From an uncultured Rhodobacterales bacterium (lineage in GTDB: Bacteria > Pseudomonadota > Alphaproteobacteria > Rhodobacterales > Rhodobacteraceae), in assembly GCA_964588725.1 (NCBI GenBank), contig CAZPQL010000001.1, positions 782 through 64,781 of the forward strand: a DNA stretch of 64,000 nt, written 5' to 3'. Every line of letters starts with the position of its first letter. The stretch's first letter is position 1. The notes under the pieces were generated by a model that did not search any database, was not told where the DNA came from, and saw only the letters and a program-made list of their open reading frames with translations. Position numbers and translations under genes: made by a program. Shown piece after piece: positions 1-9,835 of the stretch.

Positions 1-606
1 TTTATCCATGAGAGTCTGCATATAATTCACCGTTGCTGTCAAAATGGCAGAGTTGGACTCAGCGCCGGGGCTGGGCAAGGATTGAAATTGATTGGCCGAC
101 AGGTGCACCGCCTTGTCTGCACCGTCGCCAGAGCGATTGGGCGCCTCACCTTCGGGTTCCACACTGATCAAAGCCAGAACAAACGCCGGCGAAAGGTCGC
201 TCCCCAATGTGGCCAGAAGAATATCTTTGCCGTACCGCGCTGCAAGGCCATGTAAAACCTGAAGCGATGGGGTAAAATCATTGCTGACCTGCGACGCGGT
301 ACGAATGACTTCGACAGCTTTTGTAAATCTCCCGGGACCGGATTCTGTCATTCCGGGGGCTATTTTCGCCCAGAACCAGTTCTGCATGTTTGGGGGTGGT
401 TGCGCTGTGGGCGCGTCTTGGTCAGGTGCGGGCGTAGTGTCGGGAAGTATCTGGATGGTGATGCGTTTACCGCCAGTATTGGCAGTTGGTTTTATACGCT
501 TGAACGTAAAATCCACAAAAGGTTCGGCCGCACGAATTGGTTGCGCATTTGCCAACGCCAAAATCAACGTCCAACAAAGAACCTGATGATAACCAATGGG
601 TGCCAA
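1..606 (-). CDS. secreted protein, N-terminal part only (gene runs off the left edge); weak and degenerate resemblance to a lytic transglycosylase (SLT) domain
   Basis: My own translation of the minus strand. The frame is open from TTG at 606 to position 1, and it is missing from the ORF track because it has no stop inside the window. The N-terminus looks like a signal peptide (...VLCWTLILALANA/QPIRAAEP). Later sequence FVLALISVEPEG...SGDGADKAVHLSANQF loosely resembles the SLT motif ES..P.A.S..GA.GLMQL, but key residues differ. Confidence 0.5.
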   Translation of the reverse strand, partial: MAPIGYHQVLCWTLILALANAQPIRAAEPFVDFTFKRIKPTANTGGKRITIQILPDTTPAPDQDAPTAQPPPNMQNWFWAKIAPGMTESGPGRFTKAVEVIRTASQVSNDFTPSLQVLHGLAARYGKDILLATLGSDLSPAFVLALISVEPEGEAPNRSGDGADKAVHLSANQFQSLPSPGAESNSAILTATVNYMQTLMDK

Positions 607-722
607 GTGCTCGATTTACCCCTATTATTCCAGCCTGTTTGCCAAACAATCGGCGGTAAAACCAGACATTATTGACAAAATAATATGTCGCAATCGACAC
701 AATTGCCCCGATCAGGTCAATA

Positions 723-744
723 AATCTGCCTTGATTGGCAGATT
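723..744. promoter_or_regulatory. perfect 8-bp inverted repeat AATCTGCC-N6-GGCAGATT in the divergent flp upstream region
   Basis: Read directly from the sequence. It lies in the AT-rich 345-nt spacer between the divergent genes at 606 and 952. Confidence 0.3.
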
Positions 745-804
745 AAACTGTTGTTTTTATTCATTATTAAAAATTTGTTGGTAATTCGCGCACTTTTTTT
801 GCTC

Positions 805-819
805 ACACGCAATGCGTGT
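805..819. promoter_or_regulatory. perfect palindrome ACACGCA-A-TGCGTGT, candidate regulator binding site upstream of flp
   Basis: Read directly from the sequence, about 135 nt upstream of the flp start codon. Confidence 0.3.
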
Positions 820-951
820 CAAACTCATGCCCCATTCGCACTCCCTTATGAGGGCCATGAAGAGTTGACGAGTTAGCAAACAACGAGAATGCGACCTCAC
901 GAACAATCGGCTCTTTTGACAACAACTGAAATCCTATGGAGGGACTAAAAA

Positions 952-1137
952 ATGAAACTGTTCACAAACTTTAAGAATGACGAATCCGGCGCAGTAACCG
1001 TTGACTGGGTCGTTTTGACCGCAGCCATCGTTGGTCTGGGCATTGCCGTTCTGGCAGCCGTTTCTAACGGCGTTGAGAACCTGTCCGGCGACATCGACAC
1101 ACAGATGTCTGGCCAAGGCGTATCGACCACTTTCTAA
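952..1137 (+). CDS. flp: Flp-family type IVb prepilin
   Basis: 61 aa. Charged leader MKLFTNFKNDESG, then AVTVDWVVLTAAIVGLGIAVLAAV (Flp motif with DW in place of EY). GGAGGG ribosome binding site 8 nt upstream. First gene of a Tad locus. Confidence 0.9.
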   Translation: MKLFTNFKNDESGAVTVDWVVLTAAIVGLGIAVLAAVSNGVENLSGDIDTQMSGQGVSTTF

Positions 1138-1166
1138 TAGCTTAACGCTATTGGGATAACGATAAG

Positions 1167-1193
1167 GACCACGCCTTCGGGCGTGGTCTTTTC
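1167..1193 (+). terminator. intrinsic terminator after flp
   Basis: GACCACGCC-TTCG-GGCGTGGTC followed by TTTT. Confidence 0.8.
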
Positions 1194-1313
1194 GCGTGTC
1201 GGGACGTGAATAAGGGAATTCGGTTTTTCATAGTTTATCCATTCTTTTGCCACAGTCTTGATGTGTTCTGACAGCGCGAGGATGTATCGAAAAAGGATCT
1301 GAACGACCGGTGG

Positions 1314-1499
1314 ATGACAATGAGCAACGTTTTGCAGTATTATACACAGGACGACGACGGTGCCGTAACCGTCGATTGGATTCTGCTGACGGCGTTTGGC
1401 GTTGGTTTGGTTTTGTCTGTTTCTGCGCTTATTGGACCCGGCGTTCTGACGACTGCTGTCGAAATGAACGATCGCGTGTCAATCTCCACGTCTTTTTAG
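1314..1499 (+). CDS. second Flp-family prepilin paralogue
   Basis: 61 aa. Leader ...YTQDDDG, then AVTVDWILLTAFGVGLVLSV. Same DW motif and the same Ser/Thr-Phe C-terminus (ISTSF) as flp. Confidence 0.8.
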   Translation: MTMSNVLQYYTQDDDGAVTVDWILLTAFGVGLVLSVSALIGPGVLTTAVEMNDRVSISTSF

Positions 1500-1579
1500 T
1501 TGGGTCGAAAAAAAATGTTGTATAAAGTACCGTCAAAATCAAACCTGAACAATCAGGCAGAGCAGCAGGGGTTTTCGCA

Positions 1580-2422
1580 ATGCGTATAGTATTCGCACTC
1601 ATTCTTATCATTGGTATGGGGTTGGCCGGATTCGCTGTTTACATGGCGCAGGGGCGTTTCAACGAATACCAATCGGTGCTGGACAGTCAGGAAAAAGCGC
1701 TTGCCAACAATGTCAAACTTGTGCGGGTTTTCGTGTCGACTGGCCCTTTGCGTTACGGGCAGAAATTGTCCAAAGAAGACGTTCGCATCGCGGCCTGGCC
1801 GGAAAACGCAATCCCCGAAGGCGCGTTCACTGATCCGGCTGTACTATTTGACCAAGACGACAAAAAATTGCGCACTGTGCTGCGGGCGATGGAAAAAGAC
1901 GAGGCGATTCTTGCCGTCAAGGTGACCGAACCCGGTCAGGACGCTGGTGTATCCTCGCGTCTTAGCTCGGGGATGCGCGCTTTCACGATCAGCGTCGATG
2001 TCGCTTCGGGCGTGTCAGGATTTTTGCGACCGGGCGACAAGGTTGATGTCTATTGGTCGGGCCGGTCAGGTCGGCGCGACGTGACCAAGCTTATATTGGA
2101 AGGCATCAAATTGATCGCGATTGATCAAATCGCCGATGAAGATCGAAACAGTCCCGTAGTTGCCCGAACCGTCACCGCCGAAGTGTCACCCGAAGTGGTC
2201 GGCGCACTGGCTCAGGCGCAGTCGACCGGTCGACTGCTGCTTTCGTTGCGTGGCGCCGAGGACGAGACCACCACGGGCAATTTTGAGATCGATCAAGACC
2301 AGCTGTTGGGCGTCAAGGAAGAAGTCGTCGAAGAACTGGTGCAAAAGCGGGTTTGCACGATAAAAACCCGCAAGGGCGCGACTGTGGTTGAAATTCCGGT
2401 GACCTGCCCCGAAGACCGTTGA
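1580..2422 (+). CDS. cpaB: Flp pilus assembly protein CpaB/RcpC
   Basis: 280 aa. N-terminal TM anchor MRIVFALILIIGMGLAGFAVYMA, then a SAF/RcpC-like body. Position in the Tad locus. Confidence 0.88.
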   Translation: MRIVFALILIIGMGLAGFAVYMAQGRFNEYQSVLDSQEKALANNVKLVRVFVSTGPLRYGQKLSKEDVRIAAWPENAIPEGAFTDPAVLFDQDDKKLRTVLRAMEKDEAILAVKVTEPGQDAGVSSRLSSGMRAFTISVDVASGVSGFLRPGDKVDVYWSGRSGRRDVTKLILEGIKLIAIDQIADEDRNSPVVARTVTAEVSPEVVGALAQAQSTGRLLLSLRGAEDETTTGNFEIDQDQLLGVKEEVVEELVQKRVCTIKTRKGATVVEIPVTCPEDR

Positions 2423-2856
2423 ACGCGCGGCTTTCCGGTAATCGCACCTCGGAAACTCCGATCCGCACCACACTATAGCGTTTTACGTTCAATCCGGGGC
2501 GTACTGCGCGCGCAAACGGCGCACGGGTTCATGGGCGCTCGGATATTTCAGGCACGGCTGACGATGTCAGGTAAAACCCAATTGGCATCAGGGGCGTCGA
2601 AACCTGGTCAGACGCGTAAAATAAATGTGAAAGTGCGCAGGGTGATGCGGTATGGACGCCCCTCCCGACCACAATATCCTGTGTATTATCGACCGGACAT
2701 CGCACTCTGGAAACTGTTGTGTTGCGGGTTATCCACATCAGGACCGACCACCAAGCAATTGAATCTTGCAAATAAAACCAATTTCGCGCATTCTGGAAAC
2801 AATGGGCACAAAAGACCCGTGAAGTATCATATTCGTGATCAGAGAGGCAGGATCAC

Positions 2857-4293
2857 ATGAAATCGAGCAGCTTGGTAAAAGCGGGCCTGACAGGGCTTGC
2901 GTTGAGCACAGTGACATTCCTTCCGGTGCAAGCGCAGCAGGCACAAAATGTGTTGCGCGTGATGACCGGACAAACTTCCAGCAACATCAACGTGGCCATT
3001 AATCGTGCCATCGTTATGGAAAGCGAAACACCTTTTGCGGAACTTTCGGTGGCCAACCCGTCGATTGCCGATATTGCGACCCTTTCTGACAGTACTATAT
3101 ATATTCTGGGCAAGGCTCCGGGGCGCACAACGCTGACGTTACTTGGCCCCAATGGACGCCTGATCACCAATGTCGACGTCAACGTCACGCCCGATGTCGC
3201 GGAATTCAAGGAACGTCTGCGTGAAATTCTTCCGGGAGAAGAGATCGAAGTGCGCACCGCTAATGACGGCATTGTCCTAAGTGGCCGCGTATCGGGCAAA
3301 CAGAAACTGGCCCGGGCACTGGAACTGGGACAGCGCTATGCTCCGGGCCGCGTCACCAATCTTATGACGGTTGGCGGCACACAGCAGGTTATGCTGAAAG
3401 TACGCTTTGCGGAAATGCAGCGGTCGGTCACCAAAAACCTGACTTCAAGCCTTGGGCTCAGCGCAACGGGCGGCGCAATCACTGCCGACGGCGGTAACAA
3501 TGTATTCACCAACGGCACAAACTTCACGCCGTTTGTGGACGGGCTGACGACAACATCCGGGGTTTCAGCGACCCAGAGGATCGGCGCGTACGGTATCGGA
3601 TTTAGTGCGGGCGGCGTCCAAATGGCCCTGCTTTTGGAGGCGCTCGAAGCCAAAGGGCTGGTGCGCACACTTGCCGAGCCGAATTTGGTGGCCATTTCCG
3701 GGCAGGAAGCCAGTTTCTTGGCCGGTGGCGAATATCCCATTCCGGTTTTTCAGGATGGCAGCGTGTCGGTGACGTATAAACCCTTTGGGGTGTCCTTGTC
3801 GTTCACGCCTATTGTCGTGGACGAAGATCTTATCAACCTCAACATTCAGGCGTCGGTGAGTTCGATTGACACATCGGTAACGGTCACGCAGGCCGGTGGT
3901 GTTTCTGTCAACGCGTTTAAAACCCGCGACACGTCAACCACCGTGGAAATGCGCGACGGCCAAAGTTTTGCCATCGCGGGTCTGTTGCAGGACGATTTCA
4001 CCGACGTTGCCAGTCAGGTGCCATGGATAAGTGACATACCGGTGATCGGTACGTTGTTCCGCAGCACCGAATTCGCGCGCCGACAAAGCGAACTGGTCAT
4101 CATTGTCACGCCGCATTTGGTTACACCCACAACCGGCGAAAGCCTGACGCTCCCGACCGACAGGATCAGAATACCGACGGAATCCGAACTGTTTCTTCTG
4201 GGAAAAGTGGCTGGAAAAACCGGTGAATCCGGTGTCGTCAGCGACGTGACCTCGCAAGATTACAACGGTTCCTATGGCTATGTGATGGAGTAA
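2857..4293 (+). CDS. cpaC: Tad secretin CpaC/RcpA
   Basis: 478 aa. Signal peptide, BON-like N region, and a C-terminal secretin domain (LAEPNLVAISGQEASFLAGGEYP, ELVIIVTPHLV). Confidence 0.92.
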   Translation: MKSSSLVKAGLTGLALSTVTFLPVQAQQAQNVLRVMTGQTSSNINVAINRAIVMESETPFAELSVANPSIADIATLSDSTIYILGKAPGRTTLTLLGPNGRLITNVDVNVTPDVAEFKERLREILPGEEIEVRTANDGIVLSGRVSGKQKLARALELGQRYAPGRVTNLMTVGGTQQVMLKVRFAEMQRSVTKNLTSSLGLSATGGAITADGGNNVFTNGTNFTPFVDGLTTTSGVSATQRIGAYGIGFSAGGVQMALLLEALEAKGLVRTLAEPNLVAISGQEASFLAGGEYPIPVFQDGSVSVTYKPFGVSLSFTPIVVDEDLINLNIQASVSSIDTSVTVTQAGGVSVNAFKTRDTSTTVEMRDGQSFAIAGLLQDDFTDVASQVPWISDIPVIGTLFRSTEFARRQSELVIIVTPHLVTPTTGESLTLPTDRIRIPTESELFLLGKVAGKTGESGVVSDVTSQDYNGSYGYVME

Positions 4294-4297
4294 AGCT

Positions 4298-4969
4298 ATG
4301 ATTTTACAACGTTTTATCTTGATGTCTGCAGGGGCTGCTCTGGGCGTATTGACCGCCTGCGGGCCAATCAACAATACGCTGAACAAAGGCATCGTCACGT
4401 TGGACTGGGAAGCGGGCAAAGAAGTTGACGAAGGTAATTTTGGCAATCCGACTCTGAATAACACGCTGGTTCAGGTTGCCTACGCTGATCAGGACGGACT
4501 GATCCTTGATTTGTCGCGCAAGTTTGCCAAAGACGTGCCAACGCTGATCAATTTTGACTTCAATAAATCGCGTCTTGACGCCGACGCCCGCGCAATTTTG
4601 ATGCGCCAGGCCGACTGGATCAAGCAATTTCCCGATTTAACCTTCCGTGTGTACGGACACACGGATCTTGTTGGGTCAAAGCCATCCAATAAACGATTGG
4701 GGCTTAGACGCGCCAATGCAACGGTAAAATTTCTTATTTCTCAAGGTATTAGCGCAGACAGACTCGAGGCGGTCGCCTCGTTCGGCGAAACGCAGCCATT
4801 GATTGTGACCGAAAACCGCGAACGCCGCAACCGGCGCACCGTGACCGAAGTTATGGGTTTCACCCGCAATTTCGTCGGCTCTGGTCTCGACGGCAAATAC
4901 GCGGCTTTGGTATACCAAAATTATATCGAAGGCGGGTCTTCGTATTCGGGTACAACCACCCAACAATAA
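4298..4969 (+). CDS. OmpA-family peptidoglycan-binding lipoprotein (occupies the CpaD position)
   Basis: Lipobox LTAC. OmpA_C-like motif FDFNKSRLD...VYGHTDLVGS...N..LGLRRA. Starts 4 nt after the cpaC stop. Confidence 0.85.
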   Translation: MILQRFILMSAGAALGVLTACGPINNTLNKGIVTLDWEAGKEVDEGNFGNPTLNNTLVQVAYADQDGLILDLSRKFAKDVPTLINFDFNKSRLDADARAILMRQADWIKQFPDLTFRVYGHTDLVGSKPSNKRLGLRRANATVKFLISQGISADRLEAVASFGETQPLIVTENRERRNRRTVTEVMGFTRNFVGSGLDGKYAALVYQNYIEGGSSYSGTTTQQ

Positions 4970-5181
4970 TAGACTAAAATTGCCCCTAAATTGATGATTT
5001 TGGTCGCAAAAAAGACAAACTCCCCAGCTATTCCAGCGTTGATTGACGCTTGCTACGACGTCTCCAAATCAGAGAAAAACCAGCAGGCCTAAATCACAAC
5101 ATTGGGCTCCTTCCCGATTGAACAGGTTCACGCGAACAATTGTTTGATTGGGAAAGAGCGTAACGTGGTGGAACATTTGGT

Positions 5182-6402
5182 ATGGGACTGTTGAGGTCGA
5201 AGGAGGAAATGATTGAAGCCTGCGCTATCGCGCGGGACATACAGTCTTTTGACCTTTTGATCGAGGACATGGAAACCCAGCTCGGCAACCGTTGGGGTGG
5301 TCTGGATTTCAAAGACGGGCTGGAATACCTCTCGACAGCCGAGGCAACTGCGCTTTCGTTCATTGCCGTAGCCGTCGACAAGCAAGACGAAGCCGATCTT
5401 ACCGACGTGTCCAATTTGATTGTGCACGCCAAAGCAAACAACGTCAAAGTCATTCTGATTGCCCACGATCTTTCGCCGGCCGCGCTGCACCAGCTGTTGC
5501 GTCTTGGTGCCGACGATTTTGCCCCCTACCCTTTGCCTGACGGTGCACTGCGCGAAGTCATATCACGCCTGAACCAACCACCGGCCCAGCCAACACTTAT
5601 CCAACCCGTGACGCAGGGTGGCGAAAACCGCCACGGCGCCATTATCCCCGTGCACGGGCTGGCGGGCGGTGCCGGAGCCACCACCATCGCTGTCAATCTG
5701 GCATGGGAGTTGGCGCTCCTGGCCAAAGATACCGACGCACGCGTTTGCATTCTCGATCTCGATTTTCAGTTCGGTTCGGTCGCCTCATACCTCGACCTGC
5801 CGCGCCGCGAAGGAATTTTCGAACTTTTGTCAGACACCGAAGCGATGGACGCCGAATCTTTCTCGCAGTCGTTGACCAACTTTAACGACCTGATGCAGGT
5901 GTTCACCGCACCTGCTGAAGCCCTGCCACTGGAAATCATCGGTCCAGACGATATCGGGCGCATTCTTGCAAAAGCGACCGAGCAATTCGATTTCGTCATC
6001 ATCGACATGCCGCAGACGTTGATCAGCTGGTCGGAAACGGTACTACAGCAGTCCAACGTCTATTTCGCCGTGATCGAAATGGATATGCGTTCGGCGCAAA
6101 ACACTTTGCGATTCAACCGTGCGCTCAAGGCCGAGGATCTGCCGTTTGAAAAGGTGCGTTATTTTTTGAACCGCGCACCAAAATTTACCGACATCAGTGC
6201 AAAGGCCCGCATCAAACGCATGGCCGAAAATCTGGATATCAACATCGAGGTTCAGTTTTCTGACGGCGGCAAACAGATACTCAACACCTGCGACCACGGT
6301 CTGCCGATTTCAGAAACCGCCGCCAAGAACCCTTTCCGCAAGGAAATCATGAAAATTGCCAGTTCGCTTTATGAACTGAACGCCAAAGCCAACTCAAAAT
6401 AA
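5182..6402 (+). CDS. cpaE: CpaE/TadZ pilus-localisation ATPase (receiver-like N domain plus ParA/MinD-like domain)
   Basis: 406 aa. Deviant Walker A region GLAGGAGATTIAVNLAWELA. Locus context. Confidence 0.85.
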   Translation: MGLLRSKEEMIEACAIARDIQSFDLLIEDMETQLGNRWGGLDFKDGLEYLSTAEATALSFIAVAVDKQDEADLTDVSNLIVHAKANNVKVILIAHDLSPAALHQLLRLGADDFAPYPLPDGALREVISRLNQPPAQPTLIQPVTQGGENRHGAIIPVHGLAGGAGATTIAVNLAWELALLAKDTDARVCILDLDFQFGSVASYLDLPRREGIFELLSDTEAMDAESFSQSLTNFNDLMQVFTAPAEALPLEIIGPDDIGRILAKATEQFDFVIIDMPQTLISWSETVLQQSNVYFAVIEMDMRSAQNTLRFNRALKAEDLPFEKVRYFLNRAPKFTDISAKARIKRMAENLDINIEVQFSDGGKQILNTCDHGLPISETAAKNPFRKEIMKIASSLYELNAKANSK

Positions 6403-6417
6403 ACAAAAGGAACCGCC

Positions 6418-7860
6418 ATGTTCAGCCGATACAAGAAAAAAGAAACCAAAGTCTCATCAGAAGCAAACGCCGAACCCGCAGCACGCGCCATCGAACAGCA
6501 GCCTGTCGAAAAACCAACAGTCGTTGCAACGCCCGCACCAAAAGCACGAACGGGAATCGCCGCTCTGTCCGACAAAGAGGTCAAGCGCCGCGACCGTCTG
6601 TCGGATATTCGTGTCGAGCTTCACAAGCGTTTGCTCGACACGCTCAATCTGGCGGCGCTGGATACCGCGTCGGACGCAGATCTGCGCACGGAAATCGCTG
6701 CGATTTGCGCGGACGGGCTTCAGGAAATGGGCGTCGTCCTGAACAAGGACGAGCGCGCCACATTGCATCAGGAATTGTTCGACGAGGTCACGGGCCTTGG
6801 TCCAATTGAGCCGTTGCTTCGCGACGAAACCGTAAACGACATTCTGATCAACGGACCTCAGCAAGTATTCGTTGAACGCGACGGTAAGCTTGAAGAAACG
6901 TCGGTGCAGTTCAAGAACGAAAAGCACCTGATGCGGGTGATCGACAAAATCGTTTCGGCTGTGGGTCGCCGGGTGGATGAAAGCAACCCGTATGTCGACG
7001 CGCGTCTGCAGGACGGTTCGCGCTTTAACGCCATGGTGCCGCCGATCGCCGTTGACGGCTCACTGGTGTCTATTCGTAAATTCAAAAAAGACAAACTGGG
7101 TATCGATGAGCTGTTGGCTTTCGGCGCGTTCTCGGAACAAATGGCGGCCTATATTCATGCTGCGGTATCGACGCGGCTGAACATCATCGTCTCTGGCGGT
7201 ACCGGTTCAGGTAAAACAACAACCCTGAATGCACTTTCTTCTTTGATCGACAATGCGGAACGTATTCTTACAATCGAAGACACCGCCGAATTGCAGCTTC
7301 AACAAACCCACGTCGGACGTATGGAAAGCCGACCGGCCAACGTCGAGGGCAAAGGCGAAGTGTCGCAAAGGGATTGCCTGAAAAATGCGCTGCGGATGCG
7401 CCCGGACCGCATAATCGTCGGGGAAACCCGCGGCGAAGAAGTGATCGACATGTTGCAGGCCATGAACACGGGCCACGACGGATCGATGACTACCATTCAC
7501 GCAAACTCGGCACGCGACGGTGTTTCGCGCCTGGAAAATATGATTGCCATGGCCGGAATTGACATGCCGCTTAAAGCGGTGCGCAACCAGATTTCATCGG
7601 CTGTCAATCTGATCGTGCAGGCCAGCCGTCTGCAGGATGGGTCGCGTCGCATGGTGTCGATCACCGAAATAACAGGCATGGAGGGTGACATCATCACCAT
7701 GCAGGAGATTTTCAAATATCAACGTCACGGTTTGAAGCAAGATGGCACCATTATCGGTGAATTCATGCCCACGGGTTTGCGTTCGCATTATTCTGACCGC
7801 TTCAAACAATGGGGCTTGGATTTGCCCGCCAGCATCTACGAACACACCCCCGCCAACTAG
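6418..7860 (+). CDS. cpaF: CpaF/TadA secretion ATPase
   Basis: 480 aa. Walker [10 protein letters not shown], plus TIEDTAEL and [12 protein letters not shown] motifs of the VirB11/GspE family. Confidence 0.95.
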   Translation: MFSRYKKKETKVSSEANAEPAARAIEQQPVEKPTVVATPAPKARTGIAALSDKEVKRRDRLSDIRVELHKRLLDTLNLAALDTASDADLRTEIAAICADGLQEMGVVLNKDERATLHQELFDEVTGLGPIEPLLRDETVNDILINGPQQVFVERDGKLEETSVQFKNEKHLMRVIDKIVSAVGRRVDESNPYVDARLQDGSRFNAMVPPIAVDGSLVSIRKFKKDKLGIDELLAFGAFSEQMAAYIHAAVSTRLNIIVSGGTGSGKTTTLNALSSLIDNAERILTIEDTAELQLQQTHVGRMESRPANVEGKGEVSQRDCLKNALRMRPDRIIVGETRGEEVIDMLQAMNTGHDGSMTTIHANSARDGVSRLENMIAMAGIDMPLKAVRNQISSAVNLIVQASRLQDGSRRMVSITEITGMEGDIITMQEIFKYQRHGLKQDGTIIGEFMPTGLRSHYSDRFKQWGLDLPASIYEHTPAN

Positions 7861-7869
7861 GAGATTATC

Positions 7870-8832
7870 ATGAGCCCCGAACCGATTATCTATGCCGTCA
7901 TCTTTGTTGCAGTCTTTATGCTTATCGAAGGGATTTATCTGGTCATTTTCGGTAAATCGATCAAATTCAATAGCCGTGTAAACCGACGCATCGATCTGCT
8001 TGAAAAAGGCAATACACGCGAAAAAGTTCTGGAGACCCTGCGCAAGGAACGCGAACAACACCGCAAGTCATTTCAGATTCCGCTCTATTCGATGCTGCAA
8101 AAAAAGGCTGCCAAAGCGAATATCGCTTTTAGCCCAAAATCGCTGTTCATGGTGATGATTCTACTGGGTGTCACGGCATTCGGCGGCTTGACCTTTTTCA
8201 CATCGGCATCCTTACCAATCCGCGCTGCGGTTTCGGTTGTCATGGGATTTGGCGCGGTCTTTATGTGGTTGAATAAAAAGGCAAAAGCCCGCATTTCTCT
8301 GATCGAAGAGCAACTGCCAGACGCAGTGGAGCTTATGGTGCGTTCGCTGCGGGTCGGCCATCCGTTTTCAAGTGCAATCAACATCGTGGCGCAGGAAGTT
8401 GCAGACCCGCTGGGCTCTGAATTTGGTATCATTGCGGACGAAGCCGCCTACGGAATGGAAGTCACCGAGTCGCTGAATAAAATGGCCGAATCCATCGGCA
8501 TTCAGGATTTGCGGTTTCTGGCGGTTGCGGTTGGTATCCAACAAACTTCGGGCGGGAATCTGGCGGAAATTCTGGCCGGTTTGGCGAAAGTGATCCGCTC
8601 GCGGTTCAAACTGTTTCGCCGCGTCAAAGCCATCACCGCCGAAGCAAAATGGTCAGGGATGTTCCTGTCGGCGTTTCCGGTTTTGGCGCTGATCGCGATC
8701 AACGTCATGCAGCCGGGTTATTACGATGCCGCGATGGAGAGTGAGTACTTTATTCCCGCCTGTCTGGTCGTAGGCGTATTTCTGATCATCAATGTGATCT
8801 TTATGAAGATCATGGTCAATATAAAGGTATAG
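7870..8832 (+). CDS. tadB: TadB inner-membrane platform protein
   Basis: 320 aa. T2SS-F-like domain. Position after cpaF. Confidence 0.9.
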   Translation: MSPEPIIYAVIFVAVFMLIEGIYLVIFGKSIKFNSRVNRRIDLLEKGNTREKVLETLRKEREQHRKSFQIPLYSMLQKKAAKANIAFSPKSLFMVMILLGVTAFGGLTFFTSASLPIRAAVSVVMGFGAVFMWLNKKAKARISLIEEQLPDAVELMVRSLRVGHPFSSAINIVAQEVADPLGSEFGIIADEAAYGMEVTESLNKMAESIGIQDLRFLAVAVGIQQTSGGNLAEILAGLAKVIRSRFKLFRRVKAITAEAKWSGMFLSAFPVLALIAINVMQPGYYDAAMESEYFIPACLVVGVFLIINVIFMKIMVNIKV

Positions 8833-8836
8833 GGAC

Positions 8837-9829
8837 ATGAACCTGGATTTTATCACAACTACGTCCGACTATCTGACAGGCAAATTTGGTCCATTGGGGC
8901 CACTTTACGCGCTGGGGCTTCTGGGAGTTTTGCTGATGGCCATGACGCTGCCCATCATGCTGCGCAAACGCGCCGACCCGATGGACCGGCTATCGACCGA
9001 AAAAGCGACCAAAAAGAAAAAGAAAGGTAAAAACGACGACGCCGAACAAAAACTTCGGTTTGGCGGTGGTTCGGCCAAGCTGGACAAATACAAGACCTTT
9101 CTCGAACCCAAGGACCAGACAGCGCTGACCGCTATGCGATTGAAGTTGGTGCAGGCGGGCTACCGTGCGCCATCGGCTGTGCGGACTTATCATTTTGCTC
9201 AGATGGCACTGGGGATTGGCGGATTGTTCTTAGGATTGGTCTATGCGCTGATTTCTTCTGGTGATGCGTCGGTTCAGGCGACGCTCTTGTCGATTTTTGT
9301 TCCCGCCGGCGCCGGTTACTATATGCCGTCCTACTGGGTGGAAAGGCGGCGCCAAACGCGGATGGACGCACTGACCGACGGTTTTCCCGACGCGCTCGAC
9401 CTGATGTTGGTCTGCGTCGAGGCCGGTCAGTCAATGGACCAGTCGATCCAGCGTGTGGCCGGTGAATTACGCGCCGGATTCCCCGAGCTGGCGGAAGAGT
9501 TCGAAACCGTCGCCAACGAAATGAAAGCCGGTAAAGACCGTGTGACGGTTCTGCGGGATCTTGGCGAACGGGCCGGCGCCCAAGACATATCGGCGTTTGT
9601 CACGGTGCTGATCCAATCCGCCAGCTTTGGTACATCAATTGCCGAAGCCCTACGCGTTTACGCCGCTGAAATGCGTGATAAACGGGTGATGCGCGCCGAA
9701 GAAAAAGCCAACAAATTGCCAACAAAGCTTACACTGGGCACGATGATGTTTACCCTGCCGCCACTTTTGATTATCCTGATCGGACCATCGGTCTATGATA
9801 TTTATCTTCTGTTGCTGGAAGGAAAGTAA
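8837..9829 (+). CDS. tadC: TadC inner-membrane platform protein
   Basis: 330 aa. T2SS-F-like domain (PDALDLMLVCVEAGQS...). Follows tadB. Confidence 0.9.
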   Translation: MNLDFITTTSDYLTGKFGPLGPLYALGLLGVLLMAMTLPIMLRKRADPMDRLSTEKATKKKKKGKNDDAEQKLRFGGGSAKLDKYKTFLEPKDQTALTAMRLKLVQAGYRAPSAVRTYHFAQMALGIGGLFLGLVYALISSGDASVQATLLSIFVPAGAGYYMPSYWVERRRQTRMDALTDGFPDALDLMLVCVEAGQSMDQSIQRVAGELRAGFPELAEEFETVANEMKAGKDRVTVLRDLGERAGAQDISAFVTVLIQSASFGTSIAEALRVYAAEMRDKRVMRAEEKANKLPTKLTLGTMMFTLPPLLIILIGPSVYDIYLLLLEGK

Positions 9830-9835
9830 ACAAAA

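Noticed and set aside
741-781. CtrA-box-like TTAA half-sites upstream of flp
   Set aside because: There are only half-site or off-spacing matches (for example TTAA-N7-TTGG). No full TTAA-N7-TTAA is present.
2529-2860. ORFs of 109 aa (plus) and 80 aa (minus) in the cpaB-cpaC gap
   Set aside because: Their compositions (R/P/G/K-rich or C/W/T-rich) do not look like protein, there is no ribosome binding site, and they overlap each other.
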